Source: Azolla caroliniana
Lineage: Eukaryota; Plantae; Polypodiophyta
Assembly: GCA_043228905.1 (NCBI GenBank)
Contig: JBHGNT010000006.1
Location: 6,634,001 to 6,698,000, forward strand
Direction of reading: 5' to 3'
Length of the DNA: 64,000 bases
The position numbers and the translations under genes were made by a program. Below are positions 24,636 to 37,446 of the stretch, piece by piece. The stretch's first letter is position 1; the number at the start of each line of letters is the position of its first letter. Below the pieces are notes generated by a model, which was not told the DNA's origin, made no database searches, and worked only from the letters and a program-made list of their open reading frames with translations.

Positions 24636-26104
24636 TTAGAGCTCTCTCTCTCTCTCTCTCTCTGAAACAATCTATGAGAAAACTCAAAAATCTAAGGATC
24701 ACAAGATTTAATTCATTTTTTTTGCTAGTAAAACTGTAAAAGCTCAATGCCAAAAACAGCATAACTTCGGATGTGATTAAAAATGACCCAACAGAATGAA
24801 TGCAATATATATCGAAAACTTTTGCATTTATGGATTACAACTACAAAAGAGAAACATTTGTGTCCAACTTCATATATACAAGGAAAGACATCCGGCAAAG
24901 AAAAAAGGTTTTACATGTGGATCATATTTTGTTGGGTCGGAAAGAGAAGTGTCAATGGACCCTAAAGCAAATGATGAAATCGCTTGACATGCGAAAAGAT
25001 CCTTAACACATATATCCAATATTTCCAATTCGTGTAATGCAAATCGAAGAAAGGATGAAAAAGAAATCACCACAATTATTGTTGAAGAAATCCCAACGAA
25101 TGGTCAAATTTGTGCATGTTGTTCAACGATACAAATTTCCATATGTCATTACTTGTCTAATTGTTCCCGTTTGTGTTGTACTATGTTTTTCCCTTTCTTG
25201 AATACTCCATGGACATCCTTCCTTGTGTTCTTTTTCTTTTCCTTGAGGCAAGCCAATTTCGATCTTCAATACACGATTTTGAGATTGCAACTATAATTCT
25301 AGCTGAGAGTCGATGGAGAAATGTTTGATTGTGTCTATTTGGGGCCATAAGTAGATTATTTTTTTCCGTTCTTGGGGATTGCAACTCTAGTTCTAGTCAA
25401 GACTAGACGGGGAACATTAGATGGTGTCCACTTCGTATCATTGGTGCATCTTGGTAAAAACAAACAAAAATGGATGATCTTGGAGAGAAGGGAGCGTGGA
25501 AGAAATTAAGGGTCATTTCAGATGTATATGTTATGTTTGTCGAGAGAACTGATGAGTGATGAAATGTGGAATGTCAAAGCCTTAAGAAGGAAATCCGTTA
25601 CTTAAACACTTCATGATCCAAGGGAATGACTCCCATGGAATTATATACAAACATCAATGCATCAAACTCTTTCTAATCCTTATTAAGGCAACTACCCAAT
25701 CAGTACAAATTGAGCTATCGATTAGAACCCATTTCCCAAATTAGCTACATAATGCATGCTATGGATTTTAAAATACCACAGAAACCTTCACAAATCCAAA
25801 TAAGAATATTAATTGATGTCAAGGATTTGAAATTGCAAACGAAAACACCATTTGAGAAGAAAGCCATGGAGGCACCTCTACTCTGAGATTGTACAAGAAC
25901 ATCTAAATGAATTGCATCAGCACAAGCCATCCTCTACAAGGTACACACCACTACCCAACGTAGAAATGTGCCGCATAACCTAAATGGTTTACGATGTCGG
26001 TGGTTTCAGACGGCTTTTCAACTCTTCGATGCAAGGTCCAATGGTGCCAAAGCTTTGAAATTTTTGATATATCTATTACAAAAGAATTTTACATGGTCAT
26101 GAGC

Positions 26105-26143
<39 letters not shown>

Positions 26144-26144
26144 T

Positions 26145-29063
26145 TCAGTCTCTAGGATGCTTAGTTTTTCTTGAACGAGAGGCCTTAGAACCGCAACCCG
26201 GATGGCTTTGATCCTCGACATCATTTCCTTTAGTCCGGCATATATGAGACTTGAGCTTGCCTCCGAGAGTTCTAGGGTTCGGCATTTGCGAGGCTCGACC
26301 TTTCCTGAGCTTCTCGAGCTCCTCATGCATACCCGAGCACTCCCTCTCGAGTTTGTTAATACACCTTTTCATATGGTCCATGTCAACTTTCAAAGCTTGA
26401 TTGTCACGGAGAGCATTGGCCCATCCATCAGCCCTTAAAGCCACACCTTGCACAACTCCATCAGGCAAGGATTGATGAGGCAAAAAGGGGTGAGGATCAT
26501 CATCAATCATGAAGCAGCTTGCTATCACTGTCCGGAGTTGTAATTGTTCAAAGAAAAGAACTTGCACAATGATACGTAGCGGGAGGCGTTCATTCTGTGC
26601 CGCATGCGAACAAGCCTCAAGTGAAAGCTTCTGGCAATCCATTAATCGGCAAAGCCGCTCTTTTTCTTCCTCCCGCAACCATGGATGAGCCTTTACAGCA
26701 TAAAAGGAGACAATAAATCACTTGCAAATCACAAATTTCAGCATTGCACCCTATTCTCATACCATTTCAAGCATAAAAAAAATGTAATCCACATAAAAAA
26801 TAGCCTAGTATGATGCACAAAAAAACATGAATCTAAACTTATGAATCAATCTAATACATTTAACACAGCAAATCTTAAAAGAATAGACTGCCTCTTCGAG
26901 AGGGCATAAATTAGAGTATTATAGGAAACATACCTTCAAATATATGTCAATAGCCCGATAAAGCCCATCATGAGAAATTCTGGCATAATTTGGGAGAGCT
27001 TCAGCCAGATTTTGAAATTTTGATGCCTTTAGATTCACATCTGGAGCAACTTCCGCAAGATAGTTATCTATGAGCCTTGCTACTATCCTCATAGGAGTAA
27101 GTGAAGGCGAGTTAATGACATTCTCATCAATATCATCGTCATCATCATCATCACTCTCACTATCAAATGTCTGAGATGGTATATGTCCAGCCGATTGCTC
27201 AAAAAAGAGGAAATGATCGACAATTCTGCGAACACAGTCTATATCATATAAAATCTCGACATTGTAAGCTAGATTCGGAAACAACAAATCTTCCAAGCTA
27301 GCATGTTCAAGCTGCAAACCAATCCTCCTCTCTATATTGCTTCGGCAATCAGCACTTGCAGACAACAAGATAGCATTCTGAAGCAATTCAGAAAGAAACT
27401 TTATAGGAACAACAGCCTTTTGCATAGGTAAAAGGCTTTCTATGGTTTCCAAGATAACGGTCTGATCACCTTCGGATGGAACTGATGAAAGAGATAGCAA
27501 TCTAAGCTTACTCCCTCCTACTTCTTTGTTAATAGAATTTCGTTTGTGAAGGGCAGGAAGGTACCTCCTTGCAAAATGCATCAACGCACCGGCAATGTTC
27601 TCCGGCTTTATGCCCCGCTTTTGCATCGCAACTATGACTCTTTTGTAAAGAGGAAGGCTTAGCATTGCTATATCATCATACCACCAATCGCTACTTGCTC
27701 TCGAAGGTCTCGCGCCGGTGCTTATACCATTCCATAGGAAGCTTCCTTTGGGGCTTTGCATATAAGTGGTCGGCATTGGCCATCCGAGCAAGCTTGGGTC
27801 TGTGCAAGCATTGAGAGCTATGGCATCCACACAAGCGCCGACGATACCAAGTTTCTTTGCCTCGGAAAATACGAATGCACAACTCGATAATGCTCGAATG
27901 CATTCTTTCCAGTGTCTCAATACAACCTGGTTAAGAAACCCCTCAGTCCGGGCTATCAAATTCCCTTCTCCAAAGTCCTCAGACATCTCTAGATACTCAC
28001 CCACACATCTCAGTGGCACAACATTTGCTGCTGTCAGCTCTACCTTGACACCATAACAAAACTTCACCGCTAGTTCAAAGGTATCAGGACCTCCTGGAAT
28101 CCCAGAGAGATCAATATGAGGTATTTCTTCACCCCTATCCAAGCAAGCTTCGATAATGTGGGCAAGCTTCCTGCTCCGAGTAACTAGAGGGAACTGGATA
28201 ACAATAATGAACCATATTTCATTGCCTTAAACACCATGGAGAATTGTACAAAAAACAAGACTGCAAAGGAAGTGGATAAAAGCAATTTGGTGAGTTGAAG
28301 TAGAAACACTGACCTTGTGGAGATGAAAAGAGGCTTCTGAAATCTCTATTGTAACATCACTTTGAAGCCCAGCGGTATAGAACCTGAATCACTTCAACAG
28401 ATTAGTATAGTTTTCTTTTTGCTAAAGTTCCTCTGAACCATAATCTAAGGAATAATTCTCAACAAACCCAATGCCACCACAGCATCTATATATCGTCCAA
28501 ACACTTATTTGCGTCATTATGCAAACATTTACAGAACTTTTTATAACCTAAACCTTCAATGGTGTCACGATATGACAGACCTATTGTTGAACACACACAA
28601 GACGAAAATGGGGGGCTTCTCCATTGTCCAAGAAGATAAAGACACACAAGTTTTTGTTCTTAAAATAAACCCTTACAATTCTTTTATTATTAACAAATCT
28701 ACAATGTCATACGCAGAGAATCATAGGAACAAGAAGGAAAACAGAGCATGTGTTTTTGGAGAATTATTACATTTAGCAAGAAGAATGAGAACCTCTGGAG
28801 AGAGAGAGAGAGAGATGAAAAAAAACAGAGTATGTCTTGGAAATTCAAAATTCTACCAAAACAATTAAGTGCTCATTTTATCCGGGGAGCGAGGAAACAT
28901 TGAAAAACCATATCATGATTGGAATGTAAAACTTCTCCAATAAAATGAGGTGGGCTTTTTATCCACACACAGAGAGAGGAAGAGATTGAGAGAGAATCAC
29001 AAACCATGATCGTCCTTTGCGTTGAAATCTATCAGGTTTTGAGCCAAGCTTCTCGCAAGCCAT
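26145..29063 (-). CDS. BTB/POZ-NPH3 (NPH3/RPT2-like, NRL) family protein (~644 aa)
   Basis: Exons 29063-29005, 28383-28314, 28193-26934 and 26690-26145 with GT-AG and matching phases. Motifs [16 protein letters not shown]|[38 protein letters not shown]|AHP and [11 protein letters not shown], then a C-terminal coiled coil. Confidence 0.95.
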
Positions 29064-29598
29064 ATCAATTGGAGGAAGAAATCAGAAGCTGGTTTTCATT
29101 ATTTGAGGCAATTAAGGTGCCATGGAAGCTGAGAGAGAGAGAGAGAGAGAGAGGGAGTTAACTTTGAGTTAAAACTTAAAACATACAACATACCTGAGAT
29201 CCTGTAATATAATTTATAAATAAATAAAAGTTTTCTTTTCTATTATTTATTATTTATTTTTATTCTTTTTGTTTTATGCTATTTACTGGTGTTATTTTGA
29301 TTTATTTCCTCTGTAAGGAAAGGAGGGCTTTTTTTTTTGTCTTCCTCAAATAAAACAGGGGAGGCCAAAATACAAGAAACAAACAAAACAAAATAAAACT
29401 GTAATTTGTTTTTTATGTTTATTTTTTATTTTTTATCCTTGTGTGTGCTTTTAACACTCCTACCAAACTCCACTCAAACACACTCACACAAAAAGCAAAA
29501 GCAAAAGCAAAAGCAAATGCTTTTCTTTGTTTCTTTCTGCATAATCTGTACTAGTGCTGTTTTGCATGCATAGTATTCTCCATCTCTCTGCCATCAAA

Positions 29599-29727
29599 AC
29601 TACCCCTAACACACACTTACGTACATACATACATACTATACATACATACATGCATGACTACCCCTAACACACACTTACGTACATACATACATACTATACA
29701 TACATGCATGCATGCATGCATGCATGA
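29599..29727. repeat. 58-bp tandem duplication ending in a (CATG)n tract
   Basis: actacccctaacacacacttacgtacatac... occurs at 29599 and 29657, followed by a catgcatg run. Confidence 0.85.
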
Positions 29728-32700
29728 TACCACATGAGAGCTGCTGTTGAATTCTATTGGACAAACACAAGGCCAACACCATGATGATGACGATGATTCG
29801 AGACTTGGGTGAAACTATATCCTCTCACATTCAATGAAACGTCTCATCCAATCCATCCTTTGAGCTTGCAATCTAGAAGGGAACGGCACAATCCACATTC
29901 AAGTATACATTAGGCGGCATTTCTCATGATCTCCGATTGTTTCCTAAATGACAATGCGCCTTTGGCCTACTAGTAAAGAAAAAAATTAGATCGCAAATCA
30001 GTCTCTCGTGGACGTTAAAAAGATGTCTATCTATCTATGTGACATGTCAATAGCATGAGTAGTCCCTATGAGGCCTATTCAATAAGGGTAAAATATGTCC
30101 TCATCTTTAAACCTCGTTGTCTTACCATGGTTGGTGATAGGTCAAACGAGGGCATTACATGGTATGTGAGAGTGTTGCATGTGTATAATATTTGAATGTG
30201 GTGAAAAAGAAAGGGACTCTTGTGATAAAGTCGACAGGAAATTCACGTCCTATGAAAGTGAATGAATATTCACAAATTTGCGGGTGGTCAAGTGATTAAA
30301 TTTGAAGCTCAAAAGGTGATTGCTTGGTGAAGCTTTAGTTCCATTTCAACATATGTTCACCAGAGTGTTTTCCAATAAAACAATCACTATCGCCCCACAT
30401 ATTCGGAGCCTAATTATCTTCTTGACACCTCAACGATATTACACCCTTCCAAAGCTTGGTTGCACACCTTCTATGATCCAAGCCTAAATTCAAAACACAT
30501 TATGAGGACCCTCTTGCTCAACCAAATTATGGTTTTGAAACCCAATCATCGTTACACTTTATCACCATTTAGCTATTTGATTTTGATATTATTAAGGGTC
30601 ATAATGAGTTTGGACATAAGAGAGTGTGGCATTTAATAATTGTATAACATAAAACTACATCTATATGAGTTAGAAAGAAATTCTCTACTCTATAAATGGC
30701 AAATTTTGAAAGATGGTAAGAATAGGAGTTGATGTAGTGAAAGATATATCTATGTATGCTCAAATAAAACATTTAAACTCATCCTACTTTCTCCTTTTAA
30801 GAATAAATACCCAAGTATGCATTCACATGCCCAAGAGGAGCACCCTTGATTTAAACATTACCCATCACAACTATATTATATACTTGCATGACATTCCTAA
30901 TATTGTTGAAGGTACTCATAAACCATGACGAATTAAGCATTCATTGTAAGTGTAATCTTCTATCATGTATCCAAACCAATAAGTGCACACAAACAATGGT
31001 GGGACTCATTCCTTTCATGAGCAAGTGGTAGGCAAGCTTTTTGTATGAAGATGATGAGCTTATGAAAAGGATTGGTAATCTTTTAAATTTGTTCTTTTTT
31101 TTTCTGGATGATCTATCCATGACTATCGAAACCCATGCATGGCCCATCCACAACCATATATACCTTAATACACAATGTGCAACTATTATGAATTGAATAC
31201 GAATGATATCTAATAATGATTTACATTTAGAAAAGAATGGTTTAAGGGTGCTTGACCACAACCACAACCACCGAACAAAGGACACGAGATGAACATAAAA
31301 TACCGTTGGTGTCCCATACGACTAAATATTAACTTATGTACTTCCTTGGATATTTGTGTGAATGAACCCAAAAGTAGAGAATCGAGATATTTATCTCATT
31401 AATAGTCTCGACTCTCAACAATGTCTCAAGATGTCGTAATGAAGGGAGCTAGTTTATATATCCCAACACCTAAGATTCCCACACCACCAGATGTCATAAG
31501 TGATGATAAGTCCTTATGGGTTTGTTCCAATTCATGAGGATAACTAGTTTCTCAATTATCCTACCATTACATGAACTTCAGAATTGGTCCTTAAGATTAT
31601 GCCTATAACAACAACTATACAATTTGGGGAACTTGACTGACTTGAATAGTGTTGATGGCTAGTTTCTCAACATTGTTATGGATTCAATTTTGTATATGAA
31701 CTTGCATTCCCAACAAGTATGTATCTCATTCTATATGAAACCACTTAACAATACACACATGTCATACTACCTCTCGGTTAGATGCCCAAATGTTGCAATG
31801 AGCACCTATCTATGCTTGGCATCCTCCCTTGAAGATGACAAGGAAAATGAAATCAATGCCCTACAACACTTCCATCATGAGTCCTTAACCATGGCCTCTT
31901 TGTGCACACCTTGCACACATATGAAAAGAAAAGAGAAGAGCATTTTTTTTGTTAAAAAACGTAAAAGAAAAAGAGAAGAGCAAAAATAGAAAAAGCAAAA
32001 ATTCGCTCAAGACCTTTACATATTGAATTGCATACAAAACAATAATGGTTCTTTTAGTCGATGACCCTCCAACAAGGTGCCACAAGTTTATTCAACTTTA
32101 ATTATCTACTTGTTAGGTGGCCTAAATAGGATCCTTTTAACTTCCTAATGTTTCATAAAGCCTATGTTTCTTATCAATGTTATATGGGGGCTTGTTGCCG
32201 GTTTCACACTTGCCATGTAGCTAAGCAGTAATAAACGAAATGATTCCTCAATATTCTTTCAAGCATGCCATTGAGTGTTTTTAACTATTGTTATTGTAAC
32301 AGTAAATTAAACAATTATCAATATTTTATGAGGGTTTTAGGCTTTAGCACTTCATATTGTCTCTATATGTATTTGACCATGTGAATAATTTTCTAATCAT
32401 TTAGCAAGTTTGGCCCACATCTCCTTAAAAGCTATATGATTAATTTTCCCAATTTTGAAGTACAACAGACAATCAAAATTTTCACATACCAATGACCCCA
32501 CAAATTAATATTCCTCGTTGCACTCGAAACATAACTATGTTGTTGTTGTTGTATTTGTCCACACATGTTCATAGTAAATAAAAGGAACAAAATACACCTA
32601 ACAAAAATAGACCAAATAACAAATTATTAACAAAAACTTTGCAAAATAAAGTTTTTTTTTTTTCTTTTAACATACATATATGTACGTATGTATGTGTATG

Positions 32701-35084
32701 TGTATGTGTATATGTATATGTAAAATATAAGGAGTGTGTTTTCTAGTAAGAAAACAATTTCTTGTTTACCTTTTTAACGCAAAAGTTACCAAAATGAAGC
32801 TACTTTCCCATTAGTTAGGAAGGATTATTACAAAGAGACTGTACAAGGAGGCTTATACACAAATCGAGGAATCTCCCTCCAATCAAGTTCAAGAAAATGA
32901 GACTACTTACCTAGCCTTTCGGACTGACTACTTAATGTAAGTAGATACCTATAGCTAAAAATGGTGCCCTTCAGTGTTGGCTAGTACGAGCCAACTCCTT
33001 GGGCCTTTAACGAAGGGAGGGTGGCAGGCGAGTAGGAAACAGCTAGCGTGATGGGTTGGTAGTTCCACCTCGGGCCACTTCATCATTGCGTCACCATAGG
33101 CGTGTTTCGCCATTTTGGGTTTTCTCATTTATTTACATCACTAGTTATTTTTGTATTTCTTTGAAGCTTTTTTGTTTGTATCATCATCGTTTAATTCATG
33201 CACAAACACATTACATCCCACAAACATATCAAAAGGGTAATGGTGCTATTGAAAATAACATGATATTGTTTCATAGTCCCCTTCCGAGATAAAAGTATTG
33301 AAAGTGTCGTGTTGCTATTGCAAATAACATGGACAATATGGCCTCCTCCCCCTCTTTAAGAAGAGTGTTCACTTCACTTCAATGCATCTTAATGACCAAA
33401 ATTGAACCATCATGGAGGAGTGTGTAGTCAATCACAAAGTCACTTACGTGTTCCACTATTATCATAACTTCTAAAGGGAATATCTAGGGAAAGTGAATTA
33501 ATCAAATATATATGTGAGGATTTTGTGTATTTTAAGGAATTTATTGACGTTAATGACAAGGATGGATTTAGATTAAGGATTAATGTTAATGATATTAAGG
33601 AATATTGTTGCAATGGTGGGGCTTTTAGTGGTATGGTAATGATGAGTTTATATGAATAGTATGACAATGTTGATTTTTGTTAAGGGTATGATAATGATAA
33701 GAATCACGATTATGTTAGTGGTATGCTCCATGGACTCCAACAACAACCTTTATGCAAAAGATAATCTAAATAATTGATATATATCATAACAGTATAAATG
33801 TTCATGAGCACGTCAAAAATGTATAAAGAGTCTCTGACAAAAATGATATGATTAGGTACATCACAATTGCATTGAGAATGGTGGTGAATATATCATGGTT
33901 GTGTAAAGGGCATAGATGGTTAGAGATTTCATGGTTGCACATAGAATGGAAGGGTATAGATGGCCATGGGTATGTCATGGATGATGTCATGCACAAACAG
34001 AAGCAAAATTTTTAAAACTCTCCAATATTAGTCAAAGCTCATGGACCACTTGCTCACCAAACACACGTATGCTAATGTGGACACCTAAAAGTTATATTGC
34101 AAAATCATGACTATCAACACTCATTTTGAAGTTTTCCAAGTTTAGTTTAACTTGTTTCACATTGATGCTCATGAATCCTTGAACTTCTACCAAACAACTG
34201 AAGGTTTCATGATGATAATACTAGATGAAACATTCTATGATGATAATGTTGCTCCTTGATGACATGTTTGATCCATTTTAAGTTTCTTCATAATAAAAAC
34301 ATTCTCTGCTGCTTGACCATTTTTACGCCATCACAACTCTGTTATGTATGCTCACTTTGCGTAGTTGACATAGAGGTGTTTATAGGATCTTACAGTGTTC
34401 ATTGAGAACAATTTTCATTTTGTGAAATTTAACCAAATATGGCATTTCATGGAGAAATGGAATTGAGCTTTCTCTCAAGATACTCAAATACAAGGTTAGC
34501 AATACGTTTCACGAGGACTTCATGTTGAATGGTGTGCCATAGGTGGGTTGAGAGTTTCCTGAATTTCCTTCTTCCACAAGAACTATCATGAGGCCACACA
34601 TTTCTAAGCTTCCTATTTCCTCTCAGTTTGCACACATTTTTTCTTCAATGCGAAGATGAGCAAAAGTACCATCATCAAAGGGGGTTTTTGTAACATTCCT
34701 TGGTTCAAAGGAATCTCAATGCATTAGAATCTTACACCAACAGTTTCTCCGTTAAGATTGAATTTAGGAGCTTTGCGATCTGCCACATTTTGTAAAGTTT
34801 GTTACCTTGGCCACACTTTGACTAGGCAACTAGATCTCCTTCATGGCAAACCGCTTACCTTTCAATGCATGTATGCCTTCATAGAACTTACACCATTGTA
34901 CTGACAAGGCCGACATGGAATATCTTCTTTGAATTATACACCCCTTAATCCAAGACTGAACAATGTCCTCGAGAACCACAGCATATTGCCATGTCACAGA
35001 TATAGCTATAGAATTCCTCAAGACATTCTGCAGTGCAACTATTGTCTAATAGAACTGTTTGAACGAATGCCAACATTACAAGCT

Positions 35085-37446
35085 TCACATGTCTCCACTC
35101 CTGAGCACTGCAGCATATTGCAATCTAACCTTTTCAGCATCATCTTGCATCCCAACAGATATAAATATACTACTCATCAAGACATATGCTGCAGCACAAC
35201 TACTGTCTAATTGAACTGTTTGATCAAATGCAAATATCGCAAGCTTCACATTTCCCCACTCTCGACAAGCACGCAGGAGCGCAAGCCAAACTACTGGATA
35301 ATGTGAGCACGGCATTGCCCTAATCACCGAGAGTGCCTTATCAAAGTGCCCTGCATATCCAAAAGCAGCCACCATGCAAGTATGATGTTCTAGGTTTGGA
35401 ATAATACCATACGCCCTAGTCAAATTCTCAAAATATGTTTGGGCATCATCAAGTCGACCTGAGTAATTGCAAGCACTTATCACACACAAAAAGGTAACCG
35501 CATTTGGAGAAAGGCCCTCATTACGCATCCGTGTGAAACAATCCATTGCTCTATGACCTCTGCCTTGTTGTGCATACCCTCCAATTAGTGCATTCCAAGA
35601 GACTACATCTCGCATAGGAAGCTCTTCTAGGGCTTGTTGCGCTTTTGCAAGAGCGCCACACTTGGCATACATATCCACCAAGGCAGTCCCAACCACAACA
35701 TTCTTCTGTAAAAGACCTCGACTCACGATATCATCATGGATTTTTTCCCCTTTACTTATAGCTCCGGTGCTCGCACAAGCTCTCAATAAGCAAGAAAACG
35801 TGGTCTCATCTGGGGCGAGACCCTCTTGTTGCATCCATTCAAAACATTTCAATGCTTCATCACCTTGCCCATGCTGACTATACACTGAAATTAATGCATT
35901 CCAAGAAGCTACAACTCGAATGGGGAGCTGCTTTAGAACTTGCTTTGCTTTGGAAAGCATACCACATTTGGCATACATATCCACCAAAGCATTTCCAAGC
36001 ACGATGTGATTCTTCAATAAAACCCTATTCACAATCTCATCATGGATTTGCTTGCCCTTACTCACAGCACCCACACTCCCACAAGCTTTCAAGAGAGAAA
36101 TGAACGTGACAACATCTGGGGAGAATCCTTCACTTTGCATCTGTTCAAAGCAATTCAATGCCTCATGGCCTTGGCCCTGTTCGGCATACCCAGAAATTAG
36201 TGCAGACCAGGAGATAGCATTCCTGGCCGAAAGCTCTTCAAATGTTTTCTGTGCTTTGATAAGCTGTCCACATTTTGCATACATATCCACCAATGCAGTA
36301 CCAATCACATTATCATTCTCTAAGAAGCCCATATTCATTATCTCATCATGAATTTCCTCCCCTTTAACTACAGCCCCTACACTCCCACAAGCTTTCAAGA
36401 TGCAAATGAAAGTAACTCGATTTGGAAATACACCCTCACTTCGCATCCGCTCAAAACAATCCAATGCTTCATGAAACTGCCCTTGTTGGGCATATCCTGA
36501 AATCAAAGCATTCCAAGAGACTACGTTCCGACCCTGAAGCTCTTCAAGCACTTGTTGAGCTTGTGCAAGCATACCACATTTGGCATACATGTCTACCAAA
36601 GCTGTGCCGAGGACAATATCATTATCTAGAAATCCCCTATTCACAATCTCTTTATGAATTCGTTTACCTTCGACTATAGATCTTGAACTTCCACATGCTT
36701 TTAAGATACAAATGAATGTAACTGCATCAGGAGAGAGACCCTGCTTTTGCATTTTTTTGTAACAGATTAGAGCTTCTTGACCTTGTCCAGATTGAGCATA
36801 TCCCGATATTATTGCATTCCAAGAGATGAGGTCACAGACAGGAAGTTCGTCAAGCACTTGTTGTGCTTTTGAAAGAACGCCACATTTTGCATACATATTG
36901 ATCAAAGCACTAGCTAAATAAGGGCTCTTCTCAAGTAAACCTTTCTTCACAATATCAGCATGTAATTCAGTACCTTTGCAAAGATCCTTCCTTTGGGCAC
37001 AAACCTTGAGTAATGACGCAAAAGTAATACCTTCATTGTTGATTTCCTTGAGCTTTCGCTCTTCATGTGTAGAGAGGAATAAGTTTTCTCTTCTCTTCAG
37101 CTCTTCAAGAACCCAAGAAGGATTGTACCACCCATCCATCCACAAAATCTCACAAGTGATTCTATGTCGGAAGTCCGGGGACGATCTAGAATTATACTGC
37201 ATGAAAACAGCATAAATCATCTCTTTGTCACACCATACCATATCATCACATTCGTACCACACCGTACCATTGCATGAGATAACATTAATAACATACATAC
37301 ATACATGTATGCATGTATTGGTTAGCATAACCATACTTTACCTTGGAGCTCCTATTGTCATACCACAGTGAAGGATCCCCGAAGTAATCCTTCCATAAGA
37401 GACACATCCTTTCGGAGAATTCGCTTGATCTCCGCTGCCTCGCCAT
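35085..37446 (-). CDS. PLS-E PPR protein with N-terminal OSB-type PDF ssDNA-binding motif (~738 aa)
   Basis: Exon 1 is 37446-37342 (ccATGG start, upstream in-frame stop), then a phase-0 intron 37341-37197 (GTAAAG..TGCAG), then exon 2 37196-35085. Spliced N-terminus: MARQRRSSEFSERMCLLWKDYFGDPSLWYDNRSSK|YNSRSSPDFRHRITCEILWMDGWYNPSWVLEEL. Five P-L-S units and an E domain follow. The ORF-track start at 37334 lies in the intron. Confidence 0.88.

Noticed and set aside
34200-34270. C/D box snoRNA (two ATGATGA boxes)
   Set aside because: No suitably placed CTGA D box or terminal stem.
34400-35000. DYW deaminase domain downstream of the PPR genes
   Set aside because: No HxE..CxxC or DYW-like terminus was seen after any of the six genes.
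37197-37334. ORF-track N-terminus MVMLTNTCIHVCM... of the 749-aa PPR
   Set aside because: It lies in a simple-repeat-rich GT-AG intron; the spliced model restores a recognisable motif.
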